A stretch of DNA of 64,000 nt, taken from the NCBI GenBank assembly GCA_004022145.1, contig RCNU01000001.1; one strand, 5' to 3'. How positions within the stretch are numbered: the stretch's first letter is position 1; each line of letters opens with the position of its first letter. A program made the translations under genes and the position numbers. Below are positions 22,697 to 35,255 of the stretch, one piece after another. The stretch comes from Paecilomyces variotii. Taxonomy: Eukaryota. The notes under the pieces were generated by a model. It saw nothing but the letters and a program-made list of their open reading frames with translations, searched no databases and was not told where the DNA came from.

Positions 22697-25600
22697 ATGT
22701 CCTCGGACGACGGGGACCCTCTCGACTGGACGGTAGATCAGGTAGTCAATTGCCTATGTTACAGCTCCTCTACACCATGGTGCCAATCATTATCGAGTGC
22801 ACCCCGTCCAGATCCGGCTACGTTCGAGGCCGCTCTCAGGGAGAACTTAATTAATGGCGAGACTTTGTTGAATGATGTGGACAAGGATGCTCTACGCCAG
22901 GATCTGGGCCTTAGGGCTCTTGGGCACCGCAGTTTTGTTCTTGCTGCAATACGTTATCTGAGACAAGCCTCTCTCAAATATCGACGTGCCAATGCTCTGC
23001 CGAATTCTCTGCTTGATGACCGCTCGCAGGCAGCTTCTCCAAGCTACTTCCCTTCGACCGCTTCGTTTTCCGCTACAGGTTCTCCTGGCACCCTTGCCTA
23101 CTCACCGCGTTCTCTAGCGGATCTAGCACCACCTCAGCAGCTGGCGCAGTCTGCATTCTCCAATAGTCTCGGGTTTTATACGCGGCCTACCGACGTGGCA
23201 GCTAGCGCTGGCTGCCATATCGCCAGAAAGCCCCCAATCCCGAGCACAAATATTGCTACTATAAAAACACCAACGAGGCTTCAGAGGGAAGTGAGTGGTA
23301 GTGACGGTCCTGGTGAAGCGAGTCAACAACAGGAACGTGCTATTTCACAACAAGCTGATACCCGCGATGGTATCTTCAAGACGTCTAGCCTGCGCCCTCA
23401 AGAGCAATATGTCGTTGGCAGTGATGGAAAGAAACGCAGGCGACTTGATCTTCGGTCGAAGCCTGAAACAGCGGCGAGTGGCATGGCGATCGGGACCTCC
23501 AACTCGCTATACCGGAAGAAGCCCGCCAGCTGGTATATGGGTCCGAACAGAATCACCGCCGATGAACTTTTCTATCCAATCCTTCCAAACGAAGACAATG
23601 GCGACGGTTCTTTTACCATTTTGAGCCCCGGGTTTCCACGCGGTCATCAACTCTTTGTAAAGCACTGTCTTCATCATTATTATCGACAACGACCAGTACG
23701 TCTAAGTGGCGAAAAGGGATACAAAAGATGGGCCGTTGTCCCATATGAGAAGCCCAGAACGCAGGGCGATCCGTACCATTTCACTCTATATTCCTTTCGA
23801 AACGGAAGGGTAACTATGACCCAAGAGGAAGTGGCACGGTGGCCCGAGCTCAATACCAAAAACGAGACGGGACTTGACGACTCAGCACCAGCCTTCAAGT
23901 CTCGGGATCCGTTTGAATATCTCCTCCAAAAGTACCCCGCCAAGGAGGACGACGAAGATGCTCATCCTCTCTATGGTGAATCGGGTTCGGAAGGCGAATA
24001 CGACGACGATACATGGCGTGAGATGCAGGAAGATGAGCGAACGCCATCTACTGCCAAAGAGAAGTTCCTAAGCGCCCAGGAAATCGACTTGGTTATGGAG
24101 CAATGTGTGAAGGAGTATGAGGATAAATGGAGGAATGACCACCTGCCAAGAGAGGAAGCGAAGGCACGCAGGATCTGGATCTTGGCGAGGAAATATAGGA
24201 ACAGAAATCAACAGACGAAGGCGCTGTTTCTTGATATTGGTCTACTGGAACATCGTTTGACGAAGATACAGAAAAATATCCGTCTCAATGAATACACCAA
24301 AGTCGAGGATCTCAAATCACAGTGTCAAAGCATGGAGCAAACAGTCTTCAGCATCCAGGCACAAAAGTGGCGTATCTCCGTCCTTGGACAAGAGGCCTGT
24401 CCTCCGCGGGTTTCTATTATACCACCAAAACCAAAGCGAGTGGCACGGCATCAGTCTGACCTTGATGAAGAATCGCTGGGCTCTGAGTCTGACGAAATAT
24501 ACGACGATGACCTGGATGAATTTATCGATAATGATCTTGCCAGTGTCGACCAGTACAAAGCAGATGAGTCAATGCCGATAGGTGGCTTTTCAAAGCCGAA
24601 TAGGACTCCGTTCTCTTCTCATGCGCAGTTCGACTCTTCTTCTTCTGACAGTGAATTCGACGCAATCAGCCCCTCGGGGGAGAAAATAAAGGTCTTTTCT
24701 GAACGACGTCGCGGTGTGGCAATGAAAATGCAAACAGAAAACAAGGCCACTCTTCCATCACGGCCTCCTCCACCGAGAGATCAAGAAATCCAATGGATCG
24801 ATCTCACACAAGATTCTCCACCTCCGGGTGTCGATAATTTCGACATCACTACACCTCCTCTGAACCCTCTGCGCTCTTCTCCTAACGAGATGACTGGGAT
24901 TCTTCTAAAGAATGAACACCATTCTCGGTCCCCCACGCCCTTGCATCTGGAGGAAGCCGACAACCCCGGAACATCGCCACGGTCCTCGAGGAAAGACAAA
25001 TACGGCAGCGATATTACACTTCCCGGCGTCCTTGATTTCAAGGGTCTCCAGCGGGTTGATTATAGTGTGCTTGAGGACCTGCATGACCGTGAAAGGCTAC
25101 TTTCTAAGCTCTTGGCAAGTTTGCCAGATGAAGAACGAAACCAGGTGGTAGATTATGTGCTATCTTGTCGTACATCGAGCCTTCGTAAGAGGGTAGTCGA
25201 AGCTCTTAGGCTGTGGCTTCGACATGGCCGGATGATCCGGGACTTAGACGAAGTTGAGAATGGGGTTATAATGCGAACAACATCTTTGTATGTCTCGTGG
25301 ACTCGCTGCGTGGCGGCTACCCAGGAGGGAATACCGAGGAGACATATCAGGAATGCTATCAAGCAAGCAAGTAAATTCCCAGAGTTTGCCAGAGAACTGA
25401 CTACGCGTCTCGAAGTGCTGGCAAAATACTATGGTCAGACAGGTGGGACTGAACCCCGCCAGAGAAGTACCTCAGCAATTGCCGGTTCCGAACAAGCTGT
25501 TCGAGGTCCCGACGTCGATATACAGCAAGCTTCGTTTCTTACTCCTCATAAAAAACGCAAGAGGGAAGTTAAAGAGAGGCAGGAGGTGAAGCAGAATCAT

Positions 25601-28256
25601 GCAAGTGCACAGCTCCGAGCAGCAATTCAGGAAGAACAACGTAAACGCCTCGAACAAAAGATGGAAAGCGTTGGTGTCGGTAACGATGATCCTTCTCGTC
25701 AGGCTGTGACATTCGAGACACCAATCATATACCTCGACCCTCATATCGGTCGTCGAGTCAAGCCACATCAACTGAGAGGTGTGCAGTTCATGTGGCGTGA
25801 GTTAATCCAGGATGAGAAACGCCAAGGATGTCTCCTTGCCCATACTATGGGCCTGGGGAAGACGATGCAAGTGTAGGTGCCTGCCTTCATTATCTCCGAA
25901 GAAAGTGCAAGACTGACGTTTGATCAGGATATCCTTTCTAGTCACGATATCTGCTGCTGCTTCTTCGAACAACCCTGGCATTAGAGCACAGGTACCGGCC
26001 TGTTTCCATAGGTCGCAGACGTTGATTCTGTGTCCTTCTTCCTTGATAGACAATTGGTATGAGGAGTTTCTCATGTGGACGCCACGAACAAACTACCTGG
26101 GACCTCTTCGAAAGATCACCAGTGCGAGCGCATTCGGCGAGCGAATACGGGAACTCTCTGCCTGGGACGAGGAAGGTGGCGTGTTGATCATGAGTTACGA
26201 CATATTTCGCACCTGGGTTCACAATAAGGAAACCAAAACTCGCGGCCGACCTTTGGAGTTTGAGGATCACGTGCGGATCAGGGAGCAACTCCTTGACGGC
26301 CCGAACATCATTGTGGCGGACGAAGCCCATAAAATGAAAAATAGGACCGCTGGCATTTCCGCTGCCGCAAGTGAATTCCGATCTAAAAGTCGTATTGCCC
26401 TGACAGGTTCTCCGCTCGCTAATAATCTTGTTGACTACTACGCTATGGTTGACTGGATCGCGCCGGGGTACTTGGGAAATTTCGTGGAGTTCAAGGCCAA
26501 TTATGTGGAACCTATTGAGGAAGGCCTCTACGCGGACAGCACCTATTCTGAAAGACGAAAGTCTCTCAAGAAGTTACAAGTGCTGAAGGAAAACTTAGGT
26601 CCTAAGATAGACCGTGCTGATATATCAGTGTTGGAAGGCAGCCTTCCTCCAAAGGTGGAATTCGTCATTACAGTGCCATTGACTGACCTGCAGAAAGAAG
26701 CGTACGACATGTACGTCAATTCAATTCAGGCGGGTAGATCCGAAGTTGGGACTGCCAGATTATGGTCTTGGCTGGCAATATTATCACTGTGCTGCAATCA
26801 CCCAGCCTGCTTCAATGACAAACTTCTCACTCAGTCGGATCGTCCACGAAAGCAAGGTAGAAAATCAGACGACTTCGATTCAGAAGAGCTACCGGGTGAC
26901 GAATCGCCAATCCAGGCGGGGTTGTCAGAGACGATGATTGCTTCTCAGAGAGAGCTGTTTGCTAAAGTCGATAATCTCAGAGCTCCTGGGCTCTCTTACC
27001 GTGCCGAGATACTAGATCAAATTATTCGCGAATCCGTCAGAGCCGGTGATAAAGTTCTAGTGTTCTCTCATAGTCTGCCAACTCTCGATTACATCGAGCA
27101 CATGTTAAGGCAATCCGAGAGAAGATATCTCCGCCTTGATGGCCATACCCCAATCTTCAGCAGGCAGGCCGCCACTAAGAACTTCAATCAAAGTGGTTCC
27201 GATCAGCAAGTCTATTTGATTTCCACCAGAGCTGGTGGCCTGGGTCTCAACATCCCCGGTGCGAATCGGGTTGTCATATTCGATTTCTCATTCAGTCCTA
27301 CCTGGGAGGAGCAGGCTGTCGGCCGAGCATATCGGCTTGGACAACAGAAGCCTGTCTACGTCTATCGCTTTATCGCCGGAGGCACTTTCGAAGAAGTCAT
27401 GTATAATAAAGCTGTCTTTAAGACACAGCTTTCGTTCCGCGTTGTCGACAAGAGAAATCCAATTCGTTGGGCTTCCAAGTCGGCTAAAGAGTACCTCTTC
27501 GCTTCCAAGCCAGTCAAAACTGAGGACGTCTCTGGATATATCGGGAAGGATCCTGAAGTGTTGGACAGGATAATCCAACGAGATAACCATAAAATGATAA
27601 GGAAGATCGAGCTCACAGAGACTTTCCAGCGAGAGGATAACGATAAGCTGACCGAAGAAGAGAAGAGAGATGTCAGAGAGGAGTTGGACGATGAGATTCT
27701 CAAGAGGAATAACCCGGAGGCGTATTATCAGAAGCTGAGGGAAAGACAGGCAGCTGAAGCAGCGTTGAGACCTCCAGCCTCAACATGGGGAGGGCCTTCT
27801 TCTTACACAGCTCCTGCATTTGGCCAAACGCAGAGCTTTGTCGCTCATGCACCTCTCACCCAAAATGATACCGCTCACTGCCCTCCTCCCCTAGAACCAG
27901 ATATGAGCCTTCTTCGCAGCCAGCCAGCTCCAGTGCCTGGCACTTCTACAGCGAAGCTTTTGAATCCTCTAGCGCATACCAACTTGCCTCAAGGACACAG
28001 TCCCGCCACTCTCGAGCTGGGCGCTTCTGGGGCAGCCCCTATGTCACACGATGATACAGTTCGGCGATCTACTCAGGCACACCACGTAGCAACAGCTACG
28101 CAAAATGAACCTGAAAGCAATGGGATTTTCCAAAACCATGTCCCTTCTACTGCCACAGTAGAGTCAGATCGGACCGCAAACAACGCGGAGTCTTCGAAGG
28201 CTTCTAGTACTGCATCCTCTGGCTATGCAAGTCGGATAAACTGTAAGCAACAATGA
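22697..28256 (+). CDS. Large SNF2-family ATPase of the ATRX/ARIP4 type (possible Neurospora SAD-6 orthologue) with an N-terminal SAM-like domain; 2 exons, 1834 aa
   Basis: SNF2 motifs KPHQLRGVQFMW, GCLLAHTMGLGKT (the AH-MGLGKT variant typical of ATRX/ARIP4), DEAH, LTGSPLANN, LISTRAGGLGLN and QAVGRAYRLGQ. Intron 25873-25927. The N-terminal WTVDQVV...LRENLINGETLL...DLGLRALGHR resembles a SAM domain. Confidence 0.85.
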
Positions 28257-29606
28257 CTCCTGTATTCGGGCAGATTTTCTTCTTGTTCATAGACTTTTTT
28301 TTCTTTCTTTCTTCATTGACCATATAGATACAGCTAGAGATCCTTTGGCGCACATGATACCCAGTGGAACTTTGTGATACCCAGGAAGTCCGATATTCTT
28401 TTTTTTAACAAGAAACCTTACTAAATTTACCTAATGCACTATTCCATTTCGCCCAGTGGCGTCATTTCACTTGAGAAATACTATTTCATGCGGCATAAGC
28501 ACGTTAGTTTGGACACATTGACTTGATGATCCAACCAAGTACTGCCTTGCCGACTCAACTAATTCAACAATTGCAGTCCCTCAATAGACTGCGAAATATC
28601 CTTTGCAACCCCTCAAGCTACGCGGTTCTTGATCTATTTTGCGGATGGGCTTTTCCTTGCATGTTCATTTTGTTCGCTTCTTTTCCAGCAGCTCTGAAAA
28701 TCAAGGCATTGCACACGCTTTCCCCCCCTTTTTTCCTCAAAATATCTCTCAGATACTTAGTTTGTCTCACCACCAGCCGGTCCACGCATCTAATATCTGT
28801 TCTCCGGGCATACTTATCTTCAAAACACCTTTGATTTTAATCTGCATATCTAATAATGAGAAAAAAAAAATACCAGCAGCCAAAATGGAAGCGCTTGGCG
28901 CAATCGGGATGGCGGATGGCGTTCATCAATAATGAGATCATGGAAAATGATGATATGATGACTCTCCTTATGGTTCTTTATCTTGGCTCTACCCGACATA
29001 ATGTGAAGGACGAAGCGGGGAGTTTATTCTCGGTTTATGCCCTCGAAAGCTTTCTATTCTTATGTGTATTTTTCTTTCGGAAGCTTTGTCTTTCTCCTCG
29101 TGCGTGTGTGTGTAATAATTCAATTATGTGGTTGGAAAAAAAAAAAACCATGTTTGCTAATTACAGTGAGATCTTAGATGCTATTTATGTAAGAGATACT
29201 TCCCTCTCCAGTTCCGAGCCCATGGTGACGATGCGTCATCGGTTATTATTACTGTTGCCTCGCTAGTAAAGTGCGCCATGGGGTAAAATATACAACTACG
29301 AAAAGGAACATTGAAAAGAAATATTCATACAGTGAACTATCGAAATATGTAGCCGAAAAGTAATAGGATATCCTCCGCGAAGCAATGGAATCGGTATCAA
29401 TATACATAGTACACGGATATCAAAGTTAAATCGACTAATTTGATTTAGCCAGATAGAAATTAGAAGCCGGTAGGAGAGCAATCGAAACATATGTGACAGG
29501 TGAAAATATTGTGTTTTGTGCAGATGTAGAATCATGGACAACGAAAAGGAATAGCTGTACAGCAGAAATGACCGTCTTGAGTGTTGCCAGGATACAATAT
29601 CCCTCC

Positions 29607-32556
29607 TCAACCGATGAGCTTTTCCAGATCGGCAAGTCTTGCGGCCTTGTCCTCGGCTTTCTTCTTCTTGCCTGTCTCGCGGAACGCAGCCATCATGAGA
29701 TTGCGCTTGGTGTCTTGGATCTCTAGGACGCGGTCTTCAATACTTCCTTCCATGACCAGCCGCCAGATAGTCGTCTCTCGCTTCTGGCCGAGTCGGTAGA
29801 CACGGTCCATAGCTTGATCTTCAATAGCGGGCGCCCACCAGCTGTCCGCAAGAATGACCTGATTTGCTGCAACAAGATTAAGACCGACGCTGCAGACATT
29901 CAGACTAGCGAGCAGGACTTTGCACTCAGGGTCATTGGAAAACTGGTGGGTGGACTTGTCACGTTTGGCAGATTGCATCTTTCCGTCTATCCGAGCGAAA
30001 GATATGCCGTTACGCTCGAGGTGAGGCTCGATGATGTCAAGAAATGAAGTCCACTGGCTGAAAACGACTGTCTTGGTGTCCGGGGCTTGGCCCTTGGCTG
30101 TGAGGATCTTGATGAGAGCTTCAATCTTGCTGCTGGGACTGTCCGGATCGACCTCGCCACTGCCCTCATCCTCTCCCAACTCCACCGCAGGGGATACAAG
30201 AGTAGATGTATCCTCGATCTCCGCACGGCACAGGGGACACTTATGTTGTTTTTCAATGACCTGCTCGATGCATGCACGGCAAAACGGGTGGGCACAGGCC
30301 GTGATAACAGGCTGCTCCAATAAATCCAAGCACACTGAGCAAACTTCTTGACTCTCAATTCTGAGTTGCAGCATGTCCTGGAGTGCTTTGATGTTTTCCG
30401 GTGTCAATTGGACAACTTTGTGCTCTTCCAGCATTGACATCAGCTTGTCAATGCGATTCTTGCACAGTGACCAATGGTTGCAGACTTGGCGCAGCCGAAG
30501 AATAACTTCGAGAAGATGGGAATACGTTGTGTTGCCGTGCTTATCCTTGGACTGATAGTCCAACATCTTGCCCTTCGCCTCGGATCTAATCTCGGTTAGT
30601 CACTGAAGAAACACAATAAGTATGAGGACTCACAGAAACATGTCGTATTTTTCCTGTTCGTGCGGATGGAACTTCACACGCAGGACGTGTGATCTCAGCG
30701 GCGGGAGACGCAGATTGATGAAGTTCATATCTTTCCTTCTCCGCAAGCAGATAGTAGCCATCAGACCCTGAAGAAGAGTGCTTGCTTCCGGATCACCGTA
30801 AGTCAAGGGTCGAATGAGGACACTATTGAACAATGCAAGATCTTCTAGGCCGCCAGAAAGTCTTAAGAAACGGATCTGAGAATAGAGATCTCTCAGAGAG
30901 TTGATAATTGGGGTTCCAGTCAACGTCCAACGGGAATCTGCCTTTAGATTGCAAGCTGCAAGGGCTGCTTTGGACCTGGGGTTACGGATTGTATGGCCCT
31001 CATCCAAAACGACTCGGCGCCAATTAGTCGCAAATAATCCCTTGGTCGGGGTGGCTTTCGAGTCCGGCTTGTACTCTTGGCTGAGCGCGCCATAGCTCGT
31101 GACAACCACGTCGTACTGGCTCAGATTGCCGGCTTCTTTCTTCCCTGGTCCATGATACCTGAGCACGCGGAGACCCCTTTCTTCAGTTGTGTGGGTTGCG
31201 ATCTGATCTATCCAATTACTCATCACTCCAACAGGCGAAATAATCAGTGTTGTCTTTGATCCAGACGTCTTCGGTTCTGAGTTGGCCAGGATCAGAGAAA
31301 TAATCTGTATAGTCTTTCCCAAACCCATGTCGTCAGCAAGAATCCCACCGCTAGCAAGAGGCGGCTCTTGTCTGGTCGAGTAATTCGTAGCAATATTGGT
31401 AAAATAGCTCCCGTTTCTCTTCCAGAGCTGGACAATAGCCTGTGAACCAGGAGCGGGCAAGACTGGAGACTCCTTTTCAATCATCCATGCCAAACCCTGA
31501 CGCTGGTAAGGGAGTAACTCCGTCGTCAAGCCTGCAGGGTTCTCAGCCATGGGCATATTTTCCAAATCCGTCTCGTCGACACCAAATTTCTCCACAACTT
31601 GGCCCATCTCTCTAGGATTGAACGTGCTACTTTGCCCGATAAGGTCTTCCAGGCTCTCCGCCTGGCCCTCTCCATCCGGAGTCGAGAGATTGGCAAACAT
31701 TGGTTGACCCTGGCTGTCCCATTGTACTCCCTTTCCTTTGGCAAGGGAGCGAGATCGTTTCTCAGCTTCCTTGCGCTCCTTTTCTCGCTGCTTCTGGAGC
31801 CTGAGCTCTTCCCGCTCACGTTTCTTTACTTGGCCCAGTGGGAGTCTATCCAGTTCCATCCGGGCCTTGAGTTCTGCCCGCCGTTGCGGATCATATGGAC
31901 CATAGAGTTTCAAGAGCACAGGGCAGTCAAAATCTCCTTTGGGTCCGCTCAGAATTCCCTCTATGAGAAGATCTCTGGAATCCTGCAATCGGTTACCAAG
32001 TGTGCTCGTCCTCTATCGGGTGATATCGAGACTTACCATATATTTCGCCAGTTTGGCTGCCGTATTACGAGGAATATGGCCAATCTGATGCCCCATGACA
32101 TTATCCACACGGATAGCATTGCGATCATAGGGGTTGCCCGGCTCTCTTTTGAGAATGACATGTTCTCCAACAGTAGCCTGCCCTCGATAGTAGCGCACGC
32201 CGACAATCTTCGTAGGGAGATTATCTGTGCGATGTCAGCGGACGACACCACTAGCCTTATCAGATATAATAAGGATTATGTGCTAGTATACCGTAAAGTT
32301 GATACTCGCTGTACGTGGCATCCTCAAAACCCTGAGAACCAGGAATCAACTCGACAGCGCCCGCATCATCATCTTCGTCCTCCAGACTCGCTTGGCTCAA
32401 CGGTAGAAAGGCGGCATTTACGCCAAAACGGCTGCCACTGCTCCAACTTTCGCGTTCCTCAAGCTCCGCTCTTGTCTTGCTGGGACGAGCAGAAGTTCCG
32501 CTGGTATCCGTGAGGTCGACGACATCGATCTTACGCTTGCCCGAAACTCTCGCCAT
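29607..32556 (-). CDS. Rad5/HLTF (SMARCA3)-like SNF2 helicase with HIRAN and RING domains, 4 exons
   Basis: HIRAN: IVGVRYY...[19 protein letters not shown]2: [27 protein letters not shown]3HC4 RING: CSVC...CAHPFCRAC...CPLC. Helicase C-terminus: [21 protein letters not shown]. Confidence 0.9.
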
Positions 32557-33186
32557 TTCCCCAAAACGACTGATGAGTGGCCACTTTGCTATACCCTGAG
32601 ATAGAAACAGATATCGGATTCAAGGAAGAATTGGATATCAGCAGCGGAATAGCGCAACCGTGACGCGCCGCATTGATACTGTGTGCTGAGCTATCTTAGG
32701 AAATATCAAACATTAAATTAATGATAGGATATCTATCCTCGAATTTCCCATGGAAGGGATGAATGACAGTCCTTATCCAAATCGCTTTGGAGAGTATGTG
32801 GAGGAAGGTATGCTGACTAGGGGAACTCTGGGTTGTTGATAGACGCGCACTGATTCGGACAAAGAAGCAAGCGCGCTAAGTAGAGTCGCGACTCCACATG
32901 ATCGATCAACACCAACTTATCTAACGTCTCGCGATCTTCGTCCAAGTTTCTTTTCGACAACTCGGACCAACGGCCCGTCCTAAAGCTACCATTTCCTTTC
33001 GCTTTGTCTTCTTGGCATTTGCATGGCGTTCAGTCTGTCATTTCTGTCTTCTTGGCTTCTAGCAACTAATGAGCCATGACCTGCTCTCGTTAGAATTATT
33101 CCCGTGCACTTCCGGGCACAGCTCACTTCTACAGTTTAGCTCCAAGACCCCGAGAGCTTTTGGCTCCCAGTCCTGGATCTATAGAA

Positions 33187-34821
33187 ATGGAGATCACGAA
33201 CGTGAACACTTACCGTGACCTTATAGCACAAAGGGGTAAATACGTCGAGGATGTCTTACGGAGCGGAGAATATGACCCTTTTCTTCTGCACCATTCCTTC
33301 CTACTTTTGGCACTGCCACTTGCTGCCTTATTCATTCCTCACAGAAATGCTCTTCTGCGAGCATCTCGATATATATTCTTTCCATTGATTCTCGGTTTGG
33401 GATCCTACATTATCGTGTACACCAAGGCCTCCGCAGTTGGCAATGGCTACTGCATCGGCCTTGTTACCACATGGTGGATTCTTTGGTCTGCCATTATGCT
33501 TATTATGAATGATGTCCAAAAGGACTTCAAGAGAATTGAAAAATTCTCAGTTCCTGCCAGTGATGATGCAGACAGGCAACGAGTCAACCGTACTCCGGAG
33601 CCTCCACGCATGGATTCAAGGGTGAACGGCAATGACTCGTCGGTCAGACATCGTCATACTTCAACTACACAGGATCCTCCTCCACCGGGAACAGACAAAA
33701 ATTATAAAGAAGTGCTTCGATGGCAATCATATCCTGAGTCGCTTGGACACCGTTTCAACTGGATCCTGGGCCTGCTGTTCAACTTTCGAGGCACGGAGTG
33801 GAACTGGAGGATATCTGTTGTTCCCGCATTTCCACAACCCATAGCTGACCAAATGGAAGGGAATTCCTCTAGTGTGGATACGTCCGAAGTCATTGATCTT
33901 CGGGAATCTCGAGAGTGCCTCAAACAGGCCACTTGGAGATTCTTGAGAGACTACATCGCTCTTGACATAATCAAAGTGATCATGATGCGTGATCGCTACT
34001 TTTGGGGCCTCATCTCGGACCCAACCCCGCCCCTTTTCCCTTTTGGCATACTAGCCTCGATCCCTCTGCTTCTCCGTCTCTATCGTCTGGTTTTATCCTG
34101 CATTGGGGTCTTCGTCGCAATCGATTTCGTGACGTGCCTGAATCCCATCTTCTTTCTCGGTTTCTCTCTGGCCTTTCCAAATGCTTCGCGGGCTATGACG
34201 AGCGTACCCCTTGAAGCTGCGTGGCTTTACCCTGACGAATTCGGACCTTTCAGACAGTCCATATTGGACCATGGCATCGCTGGCTGCTGGGGTATATGGT
34301 GGCACCAGCTCTTCCGCTTCAGTTTCTCTGAACCCGCCAGGTGGCTATCGTCATTCCTTCCACGCGAACTACGTCACAATGGAGGCCGGCGTGTCGTCTA
34401 CTTACTCGCCCCCTTCGCCATAAGCGGCCTGCTTCATGCATTTGGAAGCTACTGCCAAACAGCAGCAACCGAGCCGTGGTCTGGTCCGTTTCCGTTCTTT
34501 TTCCTACAGAGCGTTGGCCTCGGTGTACAACGAGTCCTAGCTAAACACGTTTTACCAAAGATACTGCCATTTCAACCACCTTCATGGCTGCGCAGAGCGA
34601 CAAACCTCACAGTTGTTATCGCGTGGTTTGTTTTCACGGGCCCTGTTGTCACAGATGACTTTGCAGCTGGTGGAGTGTGGTTAATTGAGCCTGTTCCGAT
34701 TAGTGTTGTTCGCGGATTGGGATTTGGAGCTGAAGGTGATGGTTGGTGGCGCCTTCGTGGACATTGGCTCGAGTGGTGGAATGGGAAGACATGGTGGCAG
34801 AGTGGAATTCGGTTCGTATGA
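33187..34821 (+). CDS. Membrane-bound O-acyltransferase (wax synthase / MBOAT_2 domain)
   Basis: Single ORF with many hydrophobic helices and the motifs FRGTEWNW, GIAGCWGIWWHQLFR and AISGLLH (catalytic His). First ATG is at 33187. Confidence 0.85.
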   Translation: MEITNVNTYRDLIAQRGKYVEDVLRSGEYDPFLLHHSFLLLALPLAALFIPHRNALLRASRYIFFPLILGLGSYIIVYTKASAVGNGYCIGLVTTWWILWSAIMLIMNDVQKDFKRIEKFSVPASDDADRQRVNRTPEPPRMDSRVNGNDSSVRHRHTSTTQDPPPPGTDKNYKEVLRWQSYPESLGHRFNWILGLLFNFRGTEWNWRISVVPAFPQPIADQMEGNSSSVDTSEVIDLRESRECLKQATWRFLRDYIALDIIKVIMMRDRYFWGLISDPTPPLFPFGILASIPLLLRLYRLVLSCIGVFVAIDFVTCLNPIFFLGFSLAFPNASRAMTSVPLEAAWLYPDEFGPFRQSILDHGIAGCWGIWWHQLFRFSFSEPARWLSSFLPRELRHNGGRRVVYLLAPFAISGLLHAFGSYCQTAATEPWSGPFPFFFLQSVGLGVQRVLAKHVLPKILPFQPPSWLRRATNLTVVIAWFVFTGPVVTDDFAAGGVWLIEPVPISVVRGLGFGAEGDGWWRLRGHWLEWWNGKTWWQSGIRFV

Positions 34822-35255
34822 TGCGATACCCACGTGCAGTATACCTTTTGGATCTGTGTAAGAGGACGAGACGAAGGATCTGCTCGTTCCAAGCGGGCTC
34901 TATATATTATCGTTATTATCATTGTTACTCGTATCAATCATGATCCACCGTTCACCATCCACAAGGTTACCGTGCGTACGTATATAGTTCCCTGATGAGA
35001 AAAAAGGATCAATGATACCCTAACAAGTACACCATGAGAGTACTAACTTGAGACCACCAACAAGAACACGCATCCATCTCGACTTAAGATTCGGAATATG
35101 CCGGCCGATTGATGGTGTCGCTGGCATCTCCGAACTCTAGAGTAGTTATACAATGATGCAAGGTACTGTATATATATATATACTTTTCCTGTTCTATCAT
35201 TCGATCTATTTCGTTGTACTTTAGCTATTTATACAGAAAATTATGATGTGCACTT

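Noticed and set aside
28945-28965. Tandem ATGATGA words resembling snoRNA box C
   Set aside because: I found no CTGA box D at a suitable distance downstream and no terminal stem.
31599-32513. 304-aa + strand ORF
   Set aside because: It is an antisense shadow of the Rad5/HLTF-like gene and has a non-protein-like composition.
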